DNA of 64,000 nt from an uncultured Actinomycetes bacterium (GCA_963797565.1 CAWCPM010000005.1:164256-228255), one strand, 5' to 3'; counted from the first letter of the stretch, positions 18,522 through 29,021 are shown. The notes: a model not told the origin generated them from the letters alone. Program-made: numbers and translations.

Positions 18522-20414
18522 CTATCGCAGCGCGAGCACCAGCTGCAGGGCACGTGGCGAGCCGAGGCCCGTGACGTCGTCCCAGCCTGGCGCCGTGGCC
18601 AGCGATGAGTCGCGGTCGAGCGAGCGAAGCATCGTGGCAATCTTGCCGTTCGGCTTCAGCCGGTGGCGCAGCACGGCCAGGGTGCGGCCGCTGGGCGTGA
18701 TGTCGTTGAAGGCCGAGCTGCCGGCCAGCCCGTACAGCTGCGGGTTGAGGAACCCGAGGGGCTGGTGCCGGGCCTCGTTGGCGAGCGTGGCTATGCCCGC
18801 CATCAGCGGCGCCGACAGGCTGGTGCCGCCGATCCACGACTCCTTCTGAACCGTGCCGCCGCCCGGCTTCGAGTAGGTCTGCGTGAACAGCACGCCGGTC
18901 TGCGGGTCGGCCACGAGCGACACGTCGGGCTCGGAGCGCTGGGTGCCGGGCACGATCCCGTCCTGGTATGAGGGCTTCGCGTAGATGGCGCTGGCACCGC
19001 CGCCGGCGCCGTACAGGAAGTAGCCCGGGAATCCCTCGTCCCAGGCGCCCTGCGACCAGTTCATCTCGGTCGTGCCCCAGCCCGTCTCCCACAGGCGCTG
19101 CCCGCTGGAGCCGACCGCCAGGCTGGTGCCGCCGACCGAGGTCACGAGCGGGCTCGAGTCGGGGAACCCGCCCGACACCGACCCGAAGGCCTCGCGGTTG
19201 TCGCCGTCGTCGCCCGACGCGAAGAAGATGCCCATCCCCTGCGCCTGCGCCTGCTGGAACACCGAGTTCAGCGACCGCACCTCGCCCTTCGAGGCGTCGC
19301 TCTCGGGCATGCCCCAGCTGTTGGAGACGACGTTCGCCAGGTGCTTGTCGACCACCTCGTTCAGCGCCAGGTCGAGCCCCTTCGACGTGTTAGCCGCACC
19401 CACGTAGAGGATGTGGGCGCGTGGGGCGACCGCGTGCGTCCACTCCACGTCCAGCGCCTGCTCGATATACCACTCCTGCGTGTCGGCGGGGTCACGCGGG
19501 TACTTGGTGGTGCCGGGGGCGACCAGCTCCGAGTAGTCGGCGTGCGGCAGGCCGAACTTCCGCGAGAAGCGGTTGAGGTCGGCGCGGATCGTGGGCGAGA
19601 AGAACGCCCCCGTGATCGCGATCGTCTGGCCGCGGCCGTCCAGGTGCTGCTTCTGCAGCTGGTCGATCCCGTAGGCCGACGCGATCTGCTGGGGCGTGTA
19701 CCCACAGATCAGCCACGGCAGCGGCTTGCCCGGGGCGTACGGATTGGGGAAGTGGCTGCTGGTGTGCTCACCCCAGTAGTGCGAGCAGGGGCCGACGGAG
19801 GTGCCGTTGGGCGGCGGCGGCGCCGGCGTCTTGGTCTGCGGCCGCGCCAGCGCGTAGGCGTTGTCGAGCCCCGTGATCGCCGTCACGCTCCCCGCCAGGT
19901 CGTCCGGGATCCTGGGGTTGGCGTCCGGGGCGCGCACCGTCTGCCCGCTCACCTGGTACAGCGACTCGTTCACCTGGAACGCGCGCTCGACCTGAGCCAC
20001 CGTCCCGCTGGCGGTCACGAACAGGTGGTTCTGGGGCACGTTCACCAGGTCGAAGCCCTGCGCCCGCAGCCAGTCCGACACGCTCGCAACGGAGCTTTGA
20101 TCCGGCGCGAACAGGGAGCGGAACTGCTGCGGCGACAACCATTGGTGATACTCGACGCTGGAGGGATCCTGCTGGGCGGCCAGGAGCGCATCCAGCTGGG
20201 GCTTGTCGCGCCAGCCCAGCCACATCGAGAACACGACCGTGCCGCTGTCGGAGGCTTCACCCGAGCTGTTGGCCGGCGTAGCCCATGCCGGCTTCGTGTC
20301 GGGCACCGTGGTGCTGCCGCCGGCGTGGGCGTTCTGCGCCGCGCCGGACAACAGCAGCGACAGCCCGATCAGAACCGGGCAGCTGAGGCGACGGAGCAGG
20401 CCGTGGGGAGCCAT
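18522..20414 (-). CDS. Secreted S53 (sedolisin/kumamolisin) serine peptidase with pro-domain
   Basis: Signal peptide; EQALDVEW (Glu/Asp), ASGDDG (oxyanion Asp), GGTSLSAP (Ser); FNDIT...GWDDVTGLGSP. Confidence 0.9.
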   Translation of the reverse strand: MAPHGLLRRLSCPVLIGLSLLLSGAAQNAHAGGSTTVPDTKPAWATPANSSGEASDSGTVVFSMWLGWRDKPQLDALLAAQQDPSSVEYHQWLSPQQFRSLFAPDQSSVASVSDWLRAQGFDLVNVPQNHLFVTASGTVAQVERAFQVNESLYQVSGQTVRAPDANPRIPDDLAGSVTAITGLDNAYALARPQTKTPAPPPPNGTSVGPCSHYWGEHTSSHFPNPYAPGKPLPWLICGYTPQQIASAYGIDQLQKQHLDGRGQTIAITGAFFSPTIRADLNRFSRKFGLPHADYSELVAPGTTKYPRDPADTQEWYIEQALDVEWTHAVAPRAHILYVGAANTSKGLDLALNEVVDKHLANVVSNSWGMPESDASKGEVRSLNSVFQQAQAQGMGIFFASGDDGDNREAFGSVSGGFPDSSPLVTSVGGTSLAVGSSGQRLWETGWGTTEMNWSQGAWDEGFPGYFLYGAGGGASAIYAKPSYQDGIVPGTQRSEPDVSLVADPQTGVLFTQTYSKPGGGTVQKESWIGGTSLSAPLMAGIATLANEARHQPLGFLNPQLYGLAGSSAFNDITPSGRTLAVLRHRLKPNGKIATMLRSLDRDSSLATAPGWDDVTGLGSPRALQLVLALR

Positions 20415-20446
20415 CAGAGATACATCGGCGCGCGCCGCGCCGGCGG

Positions 20447-21160
20447 CTAGTCCCCTTCGGGTGACCCGGTTCTCCCCCCAATGCGCCCGGCCAGCAGGTC
20501 GGCGTTGGCGGTCAGGAACGCCAGTGACAGCAGCGGCAGCGCCGGCAGCGCCCGGTCGAACTGGTAGGACAGCAGCAGCGTCAGCCCGAACGATGCCGTC
20601 ATCGCCGCCCAGGTCAGCGTCGGGCGCAGGTCAAACCGCGCTGCCGCGGCCAGGAACACCGAGAAGAACACGAAGTCGCTGGCACCGATCTGTGCCACTC
20701 CGTTGCTGCCGAGCGGATGGAACGCCAGCGTGAAGGCGTTCAGCACCTGCTCGTGGTGCTCGACGATCACCTTGGTCGGCCCGGCCGCGACGCTGTAGAT
20801 GTCCACCGCCGCGATCAGCACGGCGATGCCGACGATCTCGACCGGCGTCTGCAGCAGCGACCCCAGGCCCAGGCCGATCAGGCTGGCCGCCACCAGCTTG
20901 GCCAGCGTTGCCGGCGTGCCCGAGTAGCCGGTCCAGATCAGGACCGCCGTGGCCAGTACGGCCGGCACCGCCCACAGCAGCAGCCGCGAGCCCACCCCCG
21001 CCGCCGGTGCCAGCGCCAGCGGCACCAGCGTGGCCAGCGGGATCGAGATCAGCGCCAGGCCTGCGATCTGAATCGCCGTGCCGGGGCTGTTCCCGATGTG
21101 CGGAGCGAGCCGGTCGAACGCGGCCAGGGCGGCCAGCGCCCCGGCCACGCGCAGCGTCAG
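20447..21160 (-). CDS. Polytopic membrane protein with presenilin/signal-peptide-peptidase-like motifs
   Basis: About 7-8 TM helices; AVDIYSV, IGASDFVF and LPALP in the order of the YD, GxGD and PAL motifs. Start uncertain (CTG 21160 or GTG 21148). Confidence 0.55.
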   Translation of the reverse strand: MTLRVAGALAALAAFDRLAPHIGNSPGTAIQIAGLALISIPLATLVPLALAPAAGVGSRLLLWAVPAVLATAVLIWTGYSGTPATLAKLVAASLIGLGLGSLLQTPVEIVGIAVLIAAVDIYSVAAGPTKVIVEHHEQVLNAFTLAFHPLGSNGVAQIGASDFVFFSVFLAAAARFDLRPTLTWAAMTASFGLTLLLSYQFDRALPALPLLSLAFLTANADLLAGRIGGRTGSPEGD

Positions 21161-21756
21161 TACGGCGGCAGGTTGTCGTACCACTCGCCCAGCGCCTTGA
21201 ACGCCGCCCAGAACTCGCGCTTGGCGGCGGAGTCGTTCAGCGAGCTGTCGATGTCGGGTACGGCCAGCAGGTCGATCGTGGGGGTGAACGGCCGCACCTG
21301 GCCGCAGCCGAACTCGACCGGCGATGAGAGTGGGAACTCCAGCGATCCCAGGAACGCGACGGCGTCGGAGCCCATCGCGACGACGATGCCGGGCTGGGTG
21401 ATGTGCAGCTCGTGGGTGAGCCAGGCGCGCGCCTGAGCGAGGTCGTCCGGTCCGGGGTCGATGTCGACCTTCAGGCAGACGCTGCCGTACAGCTTCAACG
21501 GGTCGATGCGCAGCCGCTCGATGCTCTTCAGCACCGCCTGGCCGGCACGGCCGAAGAAGGCCACGCCCTCCTGCACCTCCGCCGCGGCCGGCCGGTACTT
21601 GAGCAGGAAGATGTCGGCCAGCGGGTGGCCGGTGCCGATCACCGGCGCCTGTGCGGGGTGGTGGTCGCCGACCCAGGTCGCGATCTCATGGCCGAGCTGG
21701 TTGGTCTCGGCGATGGCGCGGGCCTGGTAGCGCTCGTAGATCTGATCGTCGGGCAC
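21157..21756 (-). CDS. Uracil-DNA glycosylase family 4-fold protein with degenerate active site
   Basis: VIGTGHPLADIFL, FFGRAGQ, QPGIVVAMG match UDG-4; GEGPG, HPS and Fe-S cysteines are absent. GGAG RBS before GTG 21756. Confidence 0.65.
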   Translation of the reverse strand: MPDDQIYERYQARAIAETNQLGHEIATWVGDHHPAQAPVIGTGHPLADIFLLKYRPAAAEVQEGVAFFGRAGQAVLKSIERLRIDPLKLYGSVCLKVDIDPGPDDLAQARAWLTHELHITQPGIVVAMGSDAVAFLGSLEFPLSSPVEFGCGQVRPFTPTIDLLAVPDIDSSLNDSAAKREFWAAFKALGEWYDNLPPY

Positions 21757-21848
21757 GCTCACTCCGACATATTGGCGCATCCGCGGCCGAAACCTCTACC
21801 CCGCGATGCGTTCAAGCTTGTGGAGCGCGCGGTCGATCATCTCCACAA

Positions 21849-23306
21849 ATGCCTCGCATCTCCCGAGCTGCGGCGGCAGCCTGCCTGGCCGCATTCACCC
21901 CTGCTGCGCTGGTGGCGCTGGCATCGCGCCGCGTGAACGGCGAGTTCGAGCTGCCCACGCTGCACGTGCTGGCGGTCACGGGTACCGCCGCCGTCGCCGC
22001 CGCGGTGTCGGTGCTGATGACACGGGCGGCGATCCGCAGGAACGACACGCGAGCAGGGCTCGTGGGCGTCGCCTTCACCGTCATGGCCGGGCTGATGACG
22101 ATCCACGGCCTGGCCACGCCGGGCGTGTTCCTCGGGGAGTACGCCCGCAACGCCACCGTCGGCCTGGCCGGCGTGCTGGCGGTTCCGGCCGGGGGCGTGA
22201 TCCTGGCCGCGGCGGTGCTGGCACCGTCCGCCCGGGCCGGTGCCACCCGCGTGGTCGTGCGCTGCCAGGCGGCCGCCATCGGGGCGCTGTTGGTGTTCGG
22301 GGTGGTCGGGCTGGTGCATCCGGAGCTGATTCCGCTGGTGCCGCTGCAGGTGGAGCCATGGGTGTACTTCGTGCTGTTCCCGGTCAGCATCGTCTACCTC
22401 TGGATCGCGCGCCGGGCCTTCGTCACGCACCAGCTGACCGGCCGCCGCGCCGATCTCACGGTCGCCGTCGGCCTGATCTGGCTGGGCTGCTCGATCGTGA
22501 TCTACCTGCTCTCGGAGACGTGGACGTTCGGGTTCTGGGCGGCGCACGCGATGGAGGCGATCGGCTTCGTGGCCGTGGCCGGCTCGGTCGCCGTCGACCT
22601 TGCCCGGCAGGTGCCCTCCTACCACCTCTACCGCCGGGTGGAGGGCAGCGACCTGCTGGAGTCCGAGGAGAGCCTGCTGGGCGGCTACGTCCGCAGCATG
22701 ACCGCGACCATGGAGCTGCGCGATCCCTCCACCCGCGAGCACTCGAGGCGGGTGGCCGCTCTGGCCGTGCGGGTGGGCATGAAGATGGGGCTGCCGGCAC
22801 CGGCGCTGCGCCGTCTGGCCGTTGCCGGGCTGCTCCACGACATCGGCAAGCTGCAGGTGCCCGAGCGGATCCTGAACAAGCCGGGCCGGCTCACCGATGA
22901 GGAGTTCGCGGTGATCAAGACGCATCCCCGCAAGGGCGCCGACCTGCTGGCGCACCTGGGCGGGTTCGAGCGAGAGCTGCCGATCGTGCTGTGGCATCAC
23001 GAGCGGTTCGGCGGCGGCGGATACCCGGACGGCATCGCCGGCCAGGCGATCCCGCTGGAGGCCCGCATCATGACGGTCTGCGACGTGTACGACGCGCTGA
23101 TCAGCCGGCGCGCGTACCGCGAACCGTGGTCACACGAGCGGGCGATGGCCCAGATCGTGAGCGAGACCGGCACCACGTTCGACCCTGCCTGCGTGGATGC
23201 GCTGGCAGCGGTGCTCGAGGGCGCCGGCGATCCGCAGGTGCAGGTGCTGCACCAGTCGCTCGGCATCGTCCGCGCTGCCGCCCGCGGAAGCCTAGGTCGA
23301 AGGTGA
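21849..23306 (+). CDS. Membrane-anchored HD-GYP cyclic-dinucleotide phosphodiesterase
   Basis: Multi-TM N-terminus; TREHSRRV, LLHDIGK, HHERFGGGGYPDG, DVYDAL..RRAYR. Confidence 0.9.
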   Translation: MPRISRAAAAACLAAFTPAALVALASRRVNGEFELPTLHVLAVTGTAAVAAAVSVLMTRAAIRRNDTRAGLVGVAFTVMAGLMTIHGLATPGVFLGEYARNATVGLAGVLAVPAGGVILAAAVLAPSARAGATRVVVRCQAAAIGALLVFGVVGLVHPELIPLVPLQVEPWVYFVLFPVSIVYLWIARRAFVTHQLTGRRADLTVAVGLIWLGCSIVIYLLSETWTFGFWAAHAMEAIGFVAVAGSVAVDLARQVPSYHLYRRVEGSDLLESEESLLGGYVRSMTATMELRDPSTREHSRRVAALAVRVGMKMGLPAPALRRLAVAGLLHDIGKLQVPERILNKPGRLTDEEFAVIKTHPRKGADLLAHLGGFERELPIVLWHHERFGGGGYPDGIAGQAIPLEARIMTVCDVYDALISRRAYREPWSHERAMAQIVSETGTTFDPACVDALAAVLEGAGDPQVQVLHQSLGIVRAAARGSLGRR

Positions 23307-23503
23307 GATGGGTGATCGGTATCTCCCGCGAGCCTGGCCGCTGCGACCGGTTTGAGGTCAGCGGCGGCTGGGGTGGCTACGGCTGCAAACCGTCGTCTCG
23401 CTATGTCCTCGGTCGCGCCAATACGACCCGGTATTGACGCTCCCTGCCATTGCGAGACTCGTTCTCGCCGTCCAGGACATCACGAATACCGATCACCCAT
23501 CTC
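23305..23503. ncRNA. 199-bp structured non-coding element (candidate ncRNA or MITE-like element)
   Basis: Perfect 18-bp inverted repeats GAGATGGGTGATCGGTAT (23305-23322) and ATACCGATCACCCATCTC (23486-23503), with at least five internal stems; lies between convergent genes. Confidence 0.55.
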
Positions 23504-23506
23504 GGG

Positions 23507-25306
23507 CTAGCTCCCCGTCTTCCCGACCTGCTGCATCCACTTCAAGCCCTGCAGGTAGAGCAGGTTGCGGGGCCGCCGCACGATCTGGTTGTGCCGCATC
23601 GCGACCAGGAACTCCTCCGGCCCGTCGAAGGCCGGGATGCGGTTGACGGCGGTGCCGATGCCCTGCAGCACGTGCGCGTCGGAGCCCGCCGACTGCACCA
23701 GGTTGTACTTGGTCGCGAATCGCAGGGCGTCGTCGTTGAACGAGTCGAACAGCAGCCGTGAGTTGTAGACCTCGAACACGTCGATCTCATCGAGGTGGCG
23801 GAGCAACGTGGCGGAGTCCGGGATCGTGTGCAGGCGGTCGAAGGGGTGGGGCATCAGCACCAGGCCGCCCTGCTGCTGGATCTCGGCGATGGTGTCGGAC
23901 ATGGTCATGCCCCGCTCGATCCGCTCGTGCAGGAACAGCCCGATCACCTCGCCCTGTGAGGTCTTGACCTCCTCGCCCACGATCACCGTGATCGGCTTGT
24001 CCAGGGCGGCTGCCTCGAGCGCGCCCGAGATCTCGTTGTGGTCGGTGATCGCGATGGCGCCCAGGCCCTGGGCGATGCAGTGGTCGACCAGCGCCTCGGG
24101 GTCGGTGGCGCAGTCGTGCGAGTGGCTCGTGTGCATGTGCAGGTCGGCGTCGATCAGCACCGGCCGCGCCGGCGCCGCCTGGGGCCGAGCCCGGCGCCGC
24201 CGCAGCAGGCCGGTGTAGAGCGACTCCAGCCGCTCGGCCAGCGCCGCCGCGCCGCGCTCGGATGCGGCCCGTTCGCCCTCGGCGGCCAGCCGCCCGCGCA
24301 GCTCGGGCTGCTCCAGCAGGCGGGCCACCGCGGCGGCGGCCAGCGGCGGCTGGTCGGCCGCGTAGCGCAGCCCCGTCCCATCACCGACCGAGACCACGAC
24401 GGCGCCGCTGGCGCGAGCCTCCCAGGCCAGGAGGGCGTTCCCATCCGGCGCTGCCACGAACACGTCGGCGGCTCCCAGCAGCCGGGCTCGCTGCTCGTCC
24501 CGCTCCAGCCCCTCGGTGCGCACACGCCCCCGCGCCCGTGGTGGCACGTACGGCCGCATCGGCCTGCGGCCGCGCCTATCCCAGACCAGCGTCAGCTCGA
24601 CGCCGGGCATGTCGGCGACGGTGCGGATCAGGCTGCGGGCGACGCCACGGCCCTCGCCCGTCCACTCGGCCACGACCCTGGTGCCGGTCTTGGCGGCGGG
24701 GGTGAAGATGCCGGAGATGGGGTCGGGCATGACCTCGTAGTCGCCCGGGTACAGCGTGCGGGCAAGCTCGGCCGAGCGCGTGCTGGCCGCGAGCAACGCA
24801 TCGATGCGCGACCCGTAGCGCTTCCGCCGGCCGCTGCGGATCGGATAGCTGAGTGCGCGCTCGGTCTCGGCGTGGAAGGTGGCCACGATCAGACCGCGGG
24901 TGTGGCGCAGCGCGGCGGTGGCCAGCCCCGGCACGATCGGCTCGTGGGCGTGCACGATGTCGAAGCCGCCCTCGCCGACGGCCAGCGCGACGTTGGCGGA
25001 GGCCGCGATCGGCAGCCCGGCGCCACGCCCGCGGCCGCGCGCCCCGCTGGGCACGGCAGGGCCGACGGCCACGGCCAGCGGCTCACCGGGCAGCGCGTGC
25101 AGCGCCTCGCCGTCGCCGGCGGCCAGCGAGCGCAGCCGGCGACGGCCGCTGCGAAGCGACTGCGAGGACGCGCTGGGCGCGAGCACCGTCACCCGGTGCC
25201 CGCGCCCAGCCAATCCCGTCGCCTCGTTCCGCACGTACTCGGCCACCGGATGGCCGCCGGCCAGTGCGTAGGGCGAGACGAGGCAGATGTTCAGCGCATC
25301 GGCCAC
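23507..25306 (-). CDS. Fusion of PimA-like GT4 glycosyltransferase domain and PHP phosphoesterase domain
   Basis: ICLVSPY...GHRVTVLAP, FDIVHAHEP, VATFH (PimA-like); DLHMHTSHS, ITDHNE, GEEV, PHPFD, GSDAH (PHP metal ligands). Confidence 0.8.
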   Translation of the reverse strand: MADALNICLVSPYALAGGHPVAEYVRNEATGLAGRGHRVTVLAPSASSQSLRSGRRRLRSLAAGDGEALHALPGEPLAVAVGPAVPSGARGRGRGAGLPIAASANVALAVGEGGFDIVHAHEPIVPGLATAALRHTRGLIVATFHAETERALSYPIRSGRRKRYGSRIDALLAASTRSAELARTLYPGDYEVMPDPISGIFTPAAKTGTRVVAEWTGEGRGVARSLIRTVADMPGVELTLVWDRRGRRPMRPYVPPRARGRVRTEGLERDEQRARLLGAADVFVAAPDGNALLAWEARASGAVVVSVGDGTGLRYAADQPPLAAAAVARLLEQPELRGRLAAEGERAASERGAAALAERLESLYTGLLRRRRARPQAAPARPVLIDADLHMHTSHSHDCATDPEALVDHCIAQGLGAIAITDHNEISGALEAAALDKPITVIVGEEVKTSQGEVIGLFLHERIERGMTMSDTIAEIQQQGGLVLMPHPFDRLHTIPDSATLLRHLDEIDVFEVYNSRLLFDSFNDDALRFATKYNLVQSAGSDAHVLQGIGTAVNRIPAFDGPEEFLVAMRHNQIVRRPRNLLYLQGLKWMQQVGKTGS

Positions 25307-25313
25307 GCGGTGG

Positions 25314-26468
25314 TCACCCCTTGGCCGCGGCCTTCTCCTTGGTGCCCGACTTCTTCGGCGTGTACTTCTCGATGAAGGTCTCGACCTGCGTGTGGCACTC
25401 GTCGTCGGGGTGCTGTACCGGGGGCGACTTCATGAAGTAGGCGGACGGCCACTCGAGCGCGCCTCCGATGCCGTTGTCGAGGGCCAGCTTGGCACAGCGC
25501 ACGGCGTCGATCACGATGCCCGCCGAGTTGGGGGAGTCGACCACCTCGAGCTTGAGCTCGATGTTCAGGGGCACGTCGCCGAACGCGCGGCCCTCGAGGC
25601 GGATGTAGGCCCACTTCCGATCCTCCAGCCAGGCGACGTGATCGGACGGGCCGATGTGCACGTTCTTGGCGCCGAGGTCGTGGTCGAGCTGCGAGGTGAC
25701 CGCGTTGGTCTTGGAGATCTTCTTGCTCTCCAGGCGCTCACGCTCGAGCATGTTCAGGAAGTCGGTGTTGCCGCCCACGTTCAGCTGGTGGGTGCGCTCC
25801 AGCCGCACACCCCGCTCCTGGAACAGGCGCGCCAGCTTGCGGTGGACGATCGTCGCGCCGACCTGCGACTTGATGTCGTCGCCGACGATGGGCAGGCCCT
25901 TCTCCTCGAAGCGGCGGCGCCAGTAGGGCTCGCGGGCGATGAACACGGGGATGCAGTTGACGAAACCGCAGCCGGCGGCGAGCACCTGCTCGACGTACCA
26001 CTTGGTCGCCTCCTCGGAGCCGACCGGCAGGTAGCTGACGACCACGTCGGTCTTCGTGTCCTGCAGGATCTTGACGACGTCGGCGGTCTCGCCCGATGCC
26101 TTCGTGATCACCTGCGACAGGTACTTGCCGATGCCGTCGTGGGTCATGCCCCGGTAGACGGGCACGTCCAGCTTGGGCACGTCGGAGAACTTGACGGTGT
26201 TGTTCTGGCCGCTGAAGATCGCCTGCGACAGATCCTTGCCGACCTTGTCGGCGTCGATATCGAACGCGGCGCTGAACTCGATGTCCGAGATGTGGTAGCC
26301 GCCCAGGTCGACGTGCATCAGACCGGGCACGCTCACCCCGACCTTGGCGTCCTGGTAGTACTGAACTCCCTGTACGAACGACGAGGCGCAGTTGCCGACG
26401 CCGACGACGGCGACGCGCACCTTTCCGTTCGAGGCGCGATGTCCGTTTTGCGAGGCCGTTTCGGCCAT
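25314..26468 (-). CDS. ino1: myo-inositol-1-phosphate synthase
   Basis: [50 protein letters not shown]. Confidence 0.95.
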   Translation of the reverse strand: MAETASQNGHRASNGKVRVAVVGVGNCASSFVQGVQYYQDAKVGVSVPGLMHVDLGGYHISDIEFSAAFDIDADKVGKDLSQAIFSGQNNTVKFSDVPKLDVPVYRGMTHDGIGKYLSQVITKASGETADVVKILQDTKTDVVVSYLPVGSEEATKWYVEQVLAAGCGFVNCIPVFIAREPYWRRRFEEKGLPIVGDDIKSQVGATIVHRKLARLFQERGVRLERTHQLNVGGNTDFLNMLERERLESKKISKTNAVTSQLDHDLGAKNVHIGPSDHVAWLEDRKWAYIRLEGRAFGDVPLNIELKLEVVDSPNSAGIVIDAVRCAKLALDNGIGGALEWPSAYFMKSPPVQHPDDECHTQVETFIEKYTPKKSGTKEKAAAKG

Positions 26469-26470
26469 AC

Positions 26471-27091
26471 CTATCCCTCCGATTTCGCGTTCAGTTGTGT
26501 GCGTACGTAGGCGATGCGCTGGACGACGGTGATCGCCGTCAGGGCGGCCAGGATGTAGATCGCGTAGGGCAGCACGCTGCCCACGCCGGCGAACGGCAGC
26601 ACCACGGCCAGCAGCACGATCCGCTCGGCACGAGCCATCAGGCCGACGTCGCCCTTCAGGCCCAGCGCCTCGGCCTTGGCGCGGGTGTAGCTGACCAGGA
26701 ACGACCCGACCAGCGCCACGAACACGCAGGCCAGGGCAAGGCTGTCGCCGCGGTCGGCCAGCACCAGGGCGATGGCACCCAGGATCACGCCCTCGCTCAT
26801 GCGGTCGAGGGTCGAATCGAGGAAGCCGCCGAACGGTGTCATCTTGTCGTGCGCCCGCGCCAGCGCGCCGTCCAGGGCGTCGATCACGGAGCCGGCCACG
26901 AACACAACCGTCGCCCACACCCAGTGCTGCTCGTAGATCAGCACACCGGCCACCACGTTCAGCAGGAACCCGCCGGTGGTGAGCTGGTTGGGGGTGAGCG
27001 GGATGCTGCGGAAGCTCTGCATGAAGCGCAGCGCGACGCTGCGACCGCCGTTGGTATACCCGTCCTTGAGACGCGCGAGCGAGGTGGTCAT
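26471..27091 (-). CDS. pgsA: CDP-alcohol phosphatidyltransferase (phosphatidylinositol-phosphate synthase-like)
   Basis: [15 protein letters not shown]...[10 protein letters not shown] signature, SYTRAKAE; adjacent to ino1. Confidence 0.85.
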   Translation of the reverse strand: MTTSLARLKDGYTNGGRSVALRFMQSFRSIPLTPNQLTTGGFLLNVVAGVLIYEQHWVWATVVFVAGSVIDALDGALARAHDKMTPFGGFLDSTLDRMSEGVILGAIALVLADRGDSLALACVFVALVGSFLVSYTRAKAEALGLKGDVGLMARAERIVLLAVVLPFAGVGSVLPYAIYILAALTAITVVQRIAYVRTQLNAKSEG

Positions 27092-27145
27092 CGCGCGTAC
27101 TATACCACGCGCGCTATCACGTGCATGCGGTGCCGTGAATCCCGG

Positions 27146-27937
27146 TCAGGAGGCCGGATCAAGCCGCAACCGGTGCCGGGCCGAGGCCGGCAGCGTGGGG
27201 TGGAAGCGCTCGATCGTCCAGGCGACGCCGAGGGCGACGCCGGCCAGGGCGGCGCCCAGGATCGCGTCCAGCCAGAAGTGGTTGCCGGTTGCCACGATCG
27301 AAAACACGATCAGGCAGGGGTAGAACAGCCAGATGACGCGGACGGCGGGCCGGCGCACCAGGAAGAAGCAGCTGGTTCCGATGATCAGCGAGAAGCAGGT
27401 GTGCACGCTGGGCACGGCCGCGAACGGGTTCGAGAGCAGCGACACGGCGCCGGTGTTGAAGTTGACATCGGCCGTCTTCTCGAGGGTGTCGATGAAGCCG
27501 AGATCGGTGAGCATGCGCGGCGGTGCGGTCGGGAACAGGACGTAGCCGATCAGGGCCAGCGCCATCGCCGAGAAGATGATGTTGCGCACGAAGTAGTAGT
27601 GGTGGTTGCGGCGCAGGTACAGCCAGAACATGAAGCAGGTGGTGACCGCGAAGTGCGCGTGGAAGTAGGTCGTGTTGGCCACGTCGAGCACCCACGGCCG
27701 CGCCAGCGCCCAGTGCTGGACGTCCAGCTCCGTGAAGATGCCCATGCTCTTCTCGATCGAGACGACGTCGCGGGCGTGTACGAATGCGACCGCCAGGTCG
27801 CCCTTGGCGAGGGTGCGGGAGATCTCGTACAGCAGGTCCGCGACCGCGAACAGCACCAGCTGGAGCACGAAGTCGGGCCACCCTTTGGGAAGCACTCGTG
27901 CGCGTTCCCTGGTCCGTGCAGACGCCAACGTCGCCAT
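27146..27937 (-). CDS. PAP2 family (AUR1/inositol-phosphotransferase-like) membrane protein
   Basis: YFHAHF, FPTAPPRM, NPFAAVPSVH, TGNHFWLDA. TACCAT -10 6 nt before ATG 27937. Confidence 0.8.
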   Translation of the reverse strand: MATLASARTRERARVLPKGWPDFVLQLVLFAVADLLYEISRTLAKGDLAVAFVHARDVVSIEKSMGIFTELDVQHWALARPWVLDVANTTYFHAHFAVTTCFMFWLYLRRNHHYYFVRNIIFSAMALALIGYVLFPTAPPRMLTDLGFIDTLEKTADVNFNTGAVSLLSNPFAAVPSVHTCFSLIIGTSCFFLVRRPAVRVIWLFYPCLIVFSIVATGNHFWLDAILGAALAGVALGVAWTIERFHPTLPASARHRLRLDPAS

Positions 27938-27987
27938 CGCGGGATGGTACCCGATGTTGCGGATCGCGCGGCCCCCCGGCGGGTGCG

Positions 27988-29001
<1,014 letters not shown>

Positions 29002-29021
29002 CTGCTGAAAGAGTACCCGTC

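Noticed and set aside
23371-23420. tRNA-Cys gene (CTGCAAA loop in a short stem)
   Set aside because: No T-arm (GTTC), D-arm or acceptor stem in cloverleaf spacing; kept only as a hairpin of the larger element.
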